The translations under genes and the position numbers were made by a program. From the NCBI GenBank assembly GCA_963835455.1, contig CAWIFT010000005.1, positions 140,160 to 204,159 of the forward strand: a stretch of 64,000 nt of DNA, in the 5' to 3' direction. Position 1 is the stretch's first letter. Each line of letters opens with the position of its first letter. Under the pieces are notes generated by a model. It made no database searches. It saw only the letters and a program-made list of their open reading frames with translations, and had not been told where the DNA came from. Shown in pieces: positions 1-7,860 of this stretch. The DNA comes from an uncultured Actinomycetes bacterium. Its GTDB lineage: Bacteria; Actinomycetota; Acidimicrobiia; IMCC26256; PALSA-610.

Positions 1-576
1 GAACCCAGCGCAACGATCACGCACTCGCCCAGCCGCGGCGACGCCGTCAGCTTCACCGTGCGCATCGGCGACGATGAGCGGGTCGATGCTGCCTGGCAGT
101 ACCGCGACTCGCCGATCGAAGAGCTGCGCGACCACATCCGCTTCGACTGGCACGCGATGGACGCGTGGTTCGAAGAGGACGTCGAGGTGTTCACGCACGC
201 GCGTAATCCGTACACGCGCATCGACATCCTCCCGACCTCGCGGATCGTGCGCGTCGAAGCGAACGGAGTGCTGCTCGCGGAGTCGCCGCGCGCGCTCGTC
301 TTGCACGAGACCGGGCTCGCGCCGCGGTGGTACCTCCCCGAGGTCGACGTTCGTATGGACCTGCTCGTTGCGACGGACGCCGTGACTCACTGTCCGTACA
401 AAGGTCAGGCCGAGTACTGGTCGGCGCGAGTCGGTGACGCATGGGAAGAGAACGTGGCCTGGTCGTACCCCACGCCGTTGCCGGAGAGTCAACGCATCGC
501 CGGTTACGTCGCGTTCTACGACGAACGCGTCGACGTTGTCGTCGACGGGATTCTTCAAGTGAGGAGCACACGTTGA
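1..576 (+). CDS. DUF427 domain-containing protein (tandem DUF427), 5'-truncated by window edge
   Basis: Frame is open from base 1; motifs HARNPYTRID, LHETGLAPRWY, THCPYKGQAEYW, AWSYPTP. Confidence 0.85.
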   Translation, partial: EPSATITHSPSRGDAVSFTVRIGDDERVDAAWQYRDSPIEELRDHIRFDWHAMDAWFEEDVEVFTHARNPYTRIDILPTSRIVRVEANGVLLAESPRALVLHETGLAPRWYLPEVDVRMDLLVATDAVTHCPYKGQAEYWSARVGDAWEENVAWSYPTPLPESQRIAGYVAFYDERVDVVVDGILQVRSTR

Positions 577-1394
577 GATTCGGTCTCGATCTTGCGCAGC
601 AACGCATGCCGTGGAGCGAGGTTGCATCACGCGCCCGTTTCGCCGACGAGCTCGGCTTCGACGGCATCTGGGGGTTCGACCATTTCCAACCGATGTACGG
701 CGACGGCCCGGGCGAGTGCTTCGAGGGCAGCACCACGCTCGCGGCGTGGACCGGGATCACCGAACGGGTGCGACTCGGTCTCCTCATCACGGGCATGACC
801 TATCGCCATCCCGCCGTCTACGCGGCCGAGGCGATCACCATCGATCATGCATCGGGCGGTCGGCTCGAGCTCGCGTACGGCGCCGCGTGGTTCGACAAGG
901 AGCACCACGAGCTCGGCATCCCGTTCCCGCCGCTGAAGTCGCGCATCGACGCGTTCGAGGAAGCGGTGCAGATCGTGCGCGGTCTGCTCACCACCGACGA
1001 CTTCACCTTCGACGGTGAGCACTTCCAGGTGCGCGACGCCACGTTGCTTCCGCGCCCCGTGCAGCGGCCGCACCCGCCGATCTGGATCGGCGCGTCGGGC
1101 GAGCAGCGGATGATGCCGATCGCGGCGCGCTACGCCGACGTGTGGCACTCGTGGGGCACGCCCGAGTCGATGCGCGACAAGTCGCAGCGCATCAGTGCGC
1201 ACGCCGAAGCCGCGGGCCGTGACCCGGCCGAGATCACCCGGGCGTCGTCGCTGTCGCTCGAAGACGACCTCGACACCATCGCCGCCAACATCGAAGCCTG
1301 GGAGAACGCCGGGTTCGCGTACCTCGTCTGCGGCTGGCCCGCCACCGGCCGGGCCCCGGTGGAACAGTTCGCGAAGCGGTTCTTGTCGCGCTGA
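573..1394 (+). CDS. LLM-class flavin/F420-dependent oxidoreductase
   Basis: TTG start overlaps upstream TGA (TTGA), RBS GAGGAG at 561-566; WGFDHF, TYRHPA, PRPVQRPHPPIWIG motifs. Confidence 0.9.
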   Translation: MRFGLDLAQQRMPWSEVASRARFADELGFDGIWGFDHFQPMYGDGPGECFEGSTTLAAWTGITERVRLGLLITGMTYRHPAVYAAEAITIDHASGGRLELAYGAAWFDKEHHELGIPFPPLKSRIDAFEEAVQIVRGLLTTDDFTFDGEHFQVRDATLLPRPVQRPHPPIWIGASGEQRMMPIAARYADVWHSWGTPESMRDKSQRISAHAEAAGRDPAEITRASSLSLEDDLDTIAANIEAWENAGFAYLVCGWPATGRAPVEQFAKRFLSR

Positions 1395-1398
1395 CATC

Positions 1399-2541
1399 TC
1401 AGGCCGCGCGCGCCGGTGGGGCGCGGAGGGTGCGCTTGCGGTTGGTCGGGTCGCGTTCTCCGAGGATCCAGCCGCTCGATTTGCGCCGGTGGTGGAGATA
1501 GCAGAGCCAGCCGAGATTCGCGAACGAGGTTTGCCCGCCTCTTGCGTGGTCGTGAGTGTGATCGCGTTCGAGATATCCGCGGTGGTTGCAGCCTTCGACG
1601 TCACACTCGCGCCCGCTGACCAGGAGTGCGGTTTGGACTTCCGCCGGGACGTGCCGACCGAGGTGCGCGACCGTGAGGATGTCCTTACCGCGCTTGATCA
1701 CGACAGTAAGAAACGCCGACCCGATCAACTCGCGCACCCACGACACGTCGACGGGCCCAACGCCCGGGATCTCACACACCTCGCCGTCGGCGGCGCCGCC
1801 CCGGAGCAACGCGCCATGATCGATGACGACGTGCACGGTCGCGCCGCAGCCCCTTGCATCGGTCTTTTCGCCGAGCACGAATGTGGCGAACGCGTCGGCC
1901 GCGTAGGCCTCGTGCGGTTCGTGGTCGGTGCCGGCTTTGTGATCGCGGAAGATGCGTTGGACCGCCTTGTCGAACACCGCTCTCATGGGTCCGCCGACCT
2001 CGGGTGCGAGCCGGAACCTGCCCGCGATCATCCCTTCGGCGTCGGTCCGCATCGAGAACCGGCGCTGCTGATGGTGGCGCTTCGCCCGGGCCGCGGGGTC
2101 TTCGACCGCAGCCCGCGCTTTCACGCACGCGTCGCGCAACGGCACCAGGCCCTGATCCGCGACCGCCAACAAGTCCTGTTCGGCCGCCGGGTTCTTGGTT
2201 GCGGCCGCGGCGATCATCTGCGCTTGGCCGGCGGACAATCGCCCGTCGCGCACCGCCGCATCAGTCGCGGGCAACTGCTCGAGTTTCTTCGCCGTCTCGA
2301 TCGCGCCGCGCACCGCGCCGGCAGCAACACCCAACGACCGTCCCACGCGCGCCGCACCGTCACTCTCGCCGGTCTCCGCGACGCGTTTCGCGGTCTTCGC
2401 GATCATCCCGTCGACGAGGTTTCGGATCCACGCGAGCTCGTCGACGACGCGTTCCGCTGCCTGTAGTGACAGCGCGGACGCGTCGAACGCAGCCGAGATC
2501 TCGTCCATCGTTCTTCGGGCCGAAACCAACGTATCGAACAT
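1399..2541 (-). CDS. DUF222 / HNH endonuclease (REP13E12-like family)
   Basis: ATG at 2541; VHVVIDHGALLRG, CEIPGVGP, C-terminal CDVEGC...ERDH...GGQTSFANLGWLCYLHH HNH signature. Confidence 0.85.
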   Translation of the reverse strand: MFDTLVSARRTMDEISAAFDASALSLQAAERVVDELAWIRNLVDGMIAKTAKRVAETGESDGAARVGRSLGVAAGAVRGAIETAKKLEQLPATDAAVRDGRLSAGQAQMIAAAATKNPAAEQDLLAVADQGLVPLRDACVKARAAVEDPAARAKRHHQQRRFSMRTDAEGMIAGRFRLAPEVGGPMRAVFDKAVQRIFRDHKAGTDHEPHEAYAADAFATFVLGEKTDARGCGATVHVVIDHGALLRGGAADGEVCEIPGVGPVDVSWVRELIGSAFLTVVIKRGKDILTVAHLGRHVPAEVQTALLVSGRECDVEGCNHRGYLERDHTHDHARGGQTSFANLGWLCYLHHRRKSSGWILGERDPTNRKRTLRAPPARAA

Positions 2542-2549
2542 GCGTTCGC
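2534..2549. promoter_or_regulatory. LexA (SOS) box overlapping the start codon of the DUF222-HNH gene
   Basis: TCGAAC-ATGC-GTTCGC matches the actinobacterial consensus TCGAAC-N4-GTTCGA at 11 of 12 positions. Confidence 0.7.
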
Positions 2550-2572
2550 ATCGTAACGAATGGGTGTGACAA
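2550..2572 (-). promoter_or_regulatory. PafBC/RecA-NDp-type DNA-damage promoter
   Basis: Minus strand reads tTGTCAC-N10-TACGAT, 8 nt before the ATG; spacing equals mycobacterial TGTCGG-N10-TA-N3-T, hexamer match 4/6. Confidence 0.55.
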
Positions 2573-2676
2573 CTACGAAGGAATCGTCGCCGATGAGTCA
2601 GTCGAAAAGCGCGGCGAAGGGCCAAGGCTGAACGTCGAGTCCTTGGCCGTGCGACCCTTTCGGTACGGGTTCGTGT

Positions 2677-2811
2677 TCAAGACGACGCGGAGAGCTCGAG
2701 GGACGGGTCGTGGAACACGCCGTAGGGCGTCGGTCCGCTCAGGAGGTTCACGTCGAACTTCGCCACTTCTGCGCCGCCGAACCCGGCGCCGAGAATCAGA
2801 ACGCGCTGCAC
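2677..2811 (-). pseudogene. Remnant of FAD-dependent sulfide:quinone-reductase-like oxidoreductase (N- and C-termini joined)
   Basis: 44 codons: MQRVLILGAGFGG (FAD-binding start) directly followed by AEVAKFDVNLLSGPTPYGVF, which resembles the C-terminus of this family. Confidence 0.55.
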
Positions 2812-2848
2812 TCCCGAAACTGAGTCATGGTCGCGTTCGCGGCGCGGC

Positions 2849-4015
2849 TCAGCCCGAGGCCGCGATCGACACGACGGGTGCGGGCAACAATTGGTCGGCC
2901 AGCGAGCCGTAGAAGCGCTTGTTGCTGAAGTCGAACACCCCACCGTCGGACGCGACCATCAGGTATCCGTTCCCGAAGCGGACCATGCCGTTGATCGGGC
3001 GGTTGAGATGGGCGCCCCCCATCGAGCCCCGGAACGGTGCGTGGAACGCGAAGATGCCGCCGTCGCTCGCGACGAGCCAATAGCCCGAGTTGTCGGCGTT
3101 CGGAACGAGGCCGGTGACGGGTGCGTTGAGACGCAGGTTGCCCGTCGAGCCGTGGAACTTCGCGTCGCCGAACGAGAACACGCCACCGTCGGCCGCGACC
3201 ATGTAGTAGCCCTTGCCCGTAGGGGTCGCGACGGAGCCGACGATCGGTTTGCTCAACGCCAGGTGGGAGAGATCGCCGTAGAACTTCGCGTGGCCGAGGG
3301 GAATCACGCGCCCGCGGTTCGTGAAGAGCCAGTAGCTCTCGTAGACCTTCGTGAAGCAGAAGCACACCGTTTGGGGGGCGTTGACGCGCGACAAACTGAC
3401 GACCCGTTCACCCGCGGACAACGGGGGGTCCGGCGATCCGGGATTGGTCGACGCGGGGTAGACCTTGATCGCGTCGGATCCGAAGGTGCCGTTCTCAAAG
3501 GCGAACGCGAGCACCGAACCACGGTCGGTGACGGTCCAGTATTGGTCGCCACTGCGGCTCGATTCGATGTGGACGAAGCGCTCGCCCAAGAGTGTCCGCG
3601 CCGATCCGAGTGACACTTGCCCGAACGAGTACACGTTGCCGTTCAAGTCCAACATCCAGTAGCCGTTGGGTCGCGGCACTGCGTCGGTGCCACTGGTCTG
3701 GCCGAGCCCGACCGAGTTCCGCGCCGCCACCGTGACGTGATATTGCGCGCCGTTCTCCGCGAGGTCGATCTTGGCCGAACGGACACTCGCGCCGACGTCG
3801 GTCACGCCCATCTCGGACGAGATGCGGTAGCCGGTGATCGACGCGCCGCCGTTGCTCGCGGGCGGGACCCATGCGACCGTCGCCGCGTGGTAGGAGGTCG
3901 CGACGGAGACCGCGCGGGGCGGTCCGGGCGTCGTCGCGGTCGCGCCGGCCGGCGCGACCACGAGCAGGGATCCGACGATCGCGGCGAGTGCGGTGAGAGG
4001 AATGATCCGGCGCAT
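2849..4015 (-). CDS. Secreted protein with fibronectin type III domain and GYWLVASDGG-type repeats
   Basis: Signal peptide; WVPPASNGGASITGY and VTVAARNSVGLG FN3 motifs; repeats GYYMVAADGGVFSFG, GYWLVASDGGIFAF, GYLMVASDGGVFDF. Confidence 0.85.
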   Translation of the reverse strand: MRRIIPLTALAAIVGSLLVVAPAGATATTPGPPRAVSVATSYHAATVAWVPPASNGGASITGYRISSEMGVTDVGASVRSAKIDLAENGAQYHVTVAARNSVGLGQTSGTDAVPRPNGYWMLDLNGNVYSFGQVSLGSARTLLGERFVHIESSRSGDQYWTVTDRGSVLAFAFENGTFGSDAIKVYPASTNPGSPDPPLSAGERVVSLSRVNAPQTVCFCFTKVYESYWLFTNRGRVIPLGHAKFYGDLSHLALSKPIVGSVATPTGKGYYMVAADGGVFSFGDAKFHGSTGNLRLNAPVTGLVPNADNSGYWLVASDGGIFAFHAPFRGSMGGAHLNRPINGMVRFGNGYLMVASDGGVFDFSNKRFYGSLADQLLPAPVVSIAASG

Positions 4016-4040
4016 GGGCGAACTCTACGCGCGGGCAAAG

Positions 4041-5264
4041 CTCGACGCGGTCCAGCTCCAGCATCTTGATCGCGTTCCCGCGCAGGACCTTGTACGCGAT
4101 CTTCTCGTCGAAGTCGGCGAGCATCTTCTCCGCGTACTCCTTCGACGTCGGCCACGTGGTGTCGGTGTGCGGGTAGTCGGTCTCGAAGCAGATGTTGTCC
4201 TCGCCGACCTCGGCCAGCGAGTGCAGGCCGTGGTAGTCGGCGGTGAAGCAGCCGAAGATGCGGCCGTAGTAGTACGTCGACGGCGGCTCGGGGATCGTCT
4301 CCTTCGAGTGCTGCCAACTGTCGTGGTGTTCCCAGACGGTGTCGGCGCGCTCGAGCGCGTACGGGATCCAGCCGATCTGGCCCTCGGAGTACGCGAGCTT
4401 CAGCTTCGGGAACTGGATGAGCTTGGCCGAGAACAACCAGTCGGCCAACGACGACATCGAGTTGTTGAAGGCGAGGGTGCCGCCGACTCCGCCGGGCGCG
4501 TCGGGCGACGCCGACGGATTCGTCGACGACGAACCGATGTGCATGCACAGCGTCACACCCGTGTCGTTGCACGCCGCGAACACCGGGTCCCAGCCACCGC
4601 TGTGGATCGTCGGCAGCTTGAGGTGGTGGGGCAGTTCGCTGAAGCAGAACGCGCGCACACCGCGCTCGGCGTTGCGGCGGATCTCGGCGGCCGCGAGGTC
4701 GACGTCCCACAGCGGCATCAGGCAGAGCGGGATGTTCATGCCCTTGGACGGGCCGCACCACTCTTCGACCATCCAGTCGTTGTACGCCTGCACGCACGCG
4801 AGCGCGAGCTCCTTGTCGTCGGCCTCCAGGAACGTCTGGCCGCAAAAGCGCGGGAAGGTGGGAAAGGGGAGCGAACCGTCGACCCAGTTGCGCTCGAAGT
4901 CGACGACGCGCGCGTCGCGCTCGTAGCACCCCGGGCGCATCTCGTCGTACGTGAGCGCTTCCATCACCATCTTCGTGCGGTCGAACTTCGACAGGTCGCC
5001 GTCGGGGGTCGCTTCCAACGGGATCGCGACGAACCGCTTGTGCACGTAGATGAGCCGGTCCTCGAAGTACCAGGCGTCGCCCCACAAGCCGTCGGGGTCT
5101 TCGGTGTTCACGTACTTCGCGCCCGGCTTGTGCGAGAACGCGCCCCACCGCTTGCGCTCGACGCGGGGGCCTTTCTCGCGGTATTTCTGCGGCAACCAGG
5201 TTTGCCAGACGTGCGCGGGCTCGACGACGTGATCGTCGACGCTGATGATCTTCGGCAGCTCCAT
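4041..5264 (-). CDS. Amidohydrolase family protein (amidohydro_2); expected stop near 4041 is missing
   Basis: IISVDDHVVEP, CMHIGS, FETDYPHTDTTWP, RGNA motifs; ORF runs on into the next gene to 3495, probably from a lost base at GTC(T)GA. Confidence 0.85.
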
Positions 5265-5291
5265 ATACCTGACGTTAGCGTCAGGTATGCC

Positions 5292-6560
5292 TCAGGCGCA
5301 GGTGATCTTCTGGATGTCCGACTGGCCGGTGGGCACGTACGGGTCGGGGTTCGCGCCACCGGCGAACCGATCGGCGATCCAGTGCGTCATGTCGCCGGCC
5401 GACGGCGCGATCACGCCCGCGTGGCTCTGGCCCGGGTAGACCCAGCGCTGCAGGACCTGGTGCAGGTCGCACAGGTGGTTGGCCAGCAGCTGGGTCGAGG
5501 CGACCGGGATCTGTTCGTCGTTGCCGCCCTGGATGATGAGGAGCGGAACCGGGCTCTTGGCGGAGAACGCCTCGGGGTCGCTCGCCTCGAGCACCTTCTT
5601 CCACAGCGGCACCTTGAACGGGTCGCCCTTGGTCAGCGATTTCACGTCGAGCGGACCGAGCGTGCCGTTCACGTCGCAGCTCGTGTCGAGCTTCGGGAGC
5701 AGCGCCTGGCCCTTCGCGGTGAGGACCTGGTCGAGCGGCGCCTCGGCGTCGCCGTACGCGGTGTTGAGCCCCGCCGCGGCCATGATCAGGTAATAGCGGT
5801 AGGGACTGGTCTGCAAGAAGTCGTAGATGAGGTTGAACTGCGACGGCGGGGCCCCCGCGACCACGCCCTTCATGTGCAGTTCGGGTGCGTACGTGGGGCC
5901 GATCTGGTCGGTGAACATCGCGGTGTGGCCGCCTTCGCTGTGGCCCCACACGACGTAGTTGTCGCTCGCGTGCGCGGCGGGCAGGTTGCGGGCGGCGCGC
6001 ACGATGTCGATCGTGTTGCGCGCCGCGCTGTCGCCGGCCACGTACGGCAGCAGTCCCGGTGTGCCCTCGCCCTGATAGTCGCTCGCGGTGAGCACCCAGC
6101 CCTTGTCGAGGATGAGGTTGCCGAGACCGGCGGTCTCGGAGTCGTCGGGCTTGAACGACGGTGCGCACACGTCGGCCATGCCGTTGGTGCCGTGACCCCA
6201 GGACACGACCGGGAATCCGCCGGTGGGCGGCGTGCCCTTCGGCACCGCGATCAACCCCGTGACCGGCGTCGGCTTGCCGTGCACCGTCGTCGACACGTAG
6301 AGGACGCGGTAGACGTCGCCGTGAATCTTCGGCAGTGTCAGCCGTTCGAACTTGATGAGCGTCCCCGGCTTGGCCGGGATCGGCTCCGAGAACGAATAGA
6401 ACGACGGCAGGCCTTTCGGCGCAGGCACGATCGTGGTGGTCGTCGTCGGCGCGGCTGTCGTCCGGGACGACGACTGCGATGACGCCTTCGACGACGAGGA
6501 GCACGCGGCGAACAGGAGGGTCGCGGCGGCGACCGTCGTGAGGAGCTTGGGATGATGCAT
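5292..6560 (-). CDS. Secretory lipase (LIP family alpha/beta hydrolase) lipoprotein
   Basis: Lipobox FAAC; HGTNG...CAPS, DYQG, WGHSEGG nucleophile elbow, QGGND, terminal His. Confidence 0.85.
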   Translation of the reverse strand: MHHPKLLTTVAAATLLFAACSSSSKASSQSSSRTTAAPTTTTTIVPAPKGLPSFYSFSEPIPAKPGTLIKFERLTLPKIHGDVYRVLYVSTTVHGKPTPVTGLIAVPKGTPPTGGFPVVSWGHGTNGMADVCAPSFKPDDSETAGLGNLILDKGWVLTASDYQGEGTPGLLPYVAGDSAARNTIDIVRAARNLPAAHASDNYVVWGHSEGGHTAMFTDQIGPTYAPELHMKGVVAGAPPSQFNLIYDFLQTSPYRYYLIMAAAGLNTAYGDAEAPLDQVLTAKGQALLPKLDTSCDVNGTLGPLDVKSLTKGDPFKVPLWKKVLEASDPEAFSAKSPVPLLIIQGGNDEQIPVASTQLLANHLCDLHQVLQRWVYPGQSHAGVIAPSAGDMTHWIADRFAGGANPDPYVPTGQSDIQKITCA

Positions 6561-6644
6561 CGGGGGAGCGTACGCAAGGAAGGCGTCAGGAGGTCGGCAG
6601 GCCCGTCTGCGGCGCCGGCAGCCTCGTCGTTAGGCTGATCGCTC

Positions 6645-7781
6645 GTGGAACTCGACCTCCCGCTGTATCGCAAGGGCGTGCTGCCGTGTCAGCACCTCGA
6701 ACGGGCGATCGCGGCGGGGGTGATCGACGCCGGGCGCTTCACCATCCCGCCCGAGAACGTGCAGCCCGCGAGCCTCGACCTGCGGCTCGGCGAGGTGGCC
6801 TACCGGATCCGTTGCAGTTTCCTGCCCGGCCGTCAGGCGGTCGAGCACCGGGTCAAGGACTACATCATCGACGAGCTCGACCTCCGCGGCGACGGCGCGG
6901 TCCTGGAGAGCAAGCGGCCCTACCTCATCCCGTTGAAGGAGCGGCTGTCGCTCCCGGAGAAGATGCGGGGGAAGGCCAATCCCAAGAGCTCGACCGGCCG
7001 CATCGACGTGTTCACGCGGGTGATCACCGACGAGAGCTACCGGTTCGACGAGATCGCCGCCGGCTACGAGGGCCAGCTGTATCTGGAAGTCGTCCCGTTG
7101 TCGTTCCCGGTGCGCGTGCGCGAAGACCTGTCCCTCAACCAGTTGCGGTTGTCGGTCGGCTCCGCGTTGTTGACCGACGACGACGTGCGCGCGTTTCACA
7201 ACGGCGATCCGTTGCTGTTCCACCGCGGCGAACCGGTTCCCGCGGAGAAGCTCGCGTTCGGCGGTGGCCTGTTCCTCGGTCTCGACCTGCACGGTGACGA
7301 CCACGGCTACGTCGGCCACCGCGCGCGCGACAACGCGCCGCTCCTCGACGTCGCGAAGAGCGCCACCGCGCCGGTCGACCCCGAACCGTTCTGGGAGTCG
7401 GTGCGCCACGAAGACGGCGACCGCGTCGTGCTCACGCCGCAACGCTTCTATCTCCTCATGAGCAACGAAGCGGTGTGCATCCCGCCGACGCTCGCGTCGG
7501 AGATGACCGCCTACGACCCGACGAGCGGCGAGCTGCGCACGCACTACGCGGGGTTCTTCGATCCCGGCTTCGGCTACGACCCCGGCGGGGCGTCGACCGG
7601 TTCGCGCGCCGCGCTCGAGGTGCGCGCCCACGACGTGCCGTTCATGATCGAGCACGGTCAACGGGTCTGCAAGCTCACGTTCGAACAGATGCTCGAGGCT
7701 CCGGACCGGCTCTACGGGCAGGGCATCGGCTCGAACTACCAGGGTCAGCTCGAGACGCTCAGCAAGCATTTCGCCCGCTGA
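6645..7781 (+). CDS. dcd: 2'-deoxycytidine 5'-triphosphate deaminase (long type)
   Basis: QPASLDLRLG, ANPKSSTGRIDVFTR, HYAGFFDPGFG, LEVRAHDVPF, SNYQGQ, LSKHF. Confidence 0.9.
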   Translation: MELDLPLYRKGVLPCQHLERAIAAGVIDAGRFTIPPENVQPASLDLRLGEVAYRIRCSFLPGRQAVEHRVKDYIIDELDLRGDGAVLESKRPYLIPLKERLSLPEKMRGKANPKSSTGRIDVFTRVITDESYRFDEIAAGYEGQLYLEVVPLSFPVRVREDLSLNQLRLSVGSALLTDDDVRAFHNGDPLLFHRGEPVPAEKLAFGGGLFLGLDLHGDDHGYVGHRARDNAPLLDVAKSATAPVDPEPFWESVRHEDGDRVVLTPQRFYLLMSNEAVCIPPTLASEMTAYDPTSGELRTHYAGFFDPGFGYDPGGASTGSRAALEVRAHDVPFMIEHGQRVCKLTFEQMLEAPDRLYGQGIGSNYQGQLETLSKHFAR

Positions 7782-7860
7782 ATCCTCGGGTTTCCCGCTG
7801 GGCCGGTGCTTGTGAGCGGCAGCGGAGGGGTCTAGGTTCCGCGCAGTACTGGCGTGAGCC

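Noticed and set aside
2590-2608. Hammerhead-like core (CCGATGAG...GAAA)
   Set aside because: Lacks CUGANGA and a pairing stem II.
3495-5264. 589-aa amidohydrolase with a novel C-terminal domain
   Set aside because: The extension overlaps the next gene out of frame and is Arg-rich junk; best explained by a lost stop.
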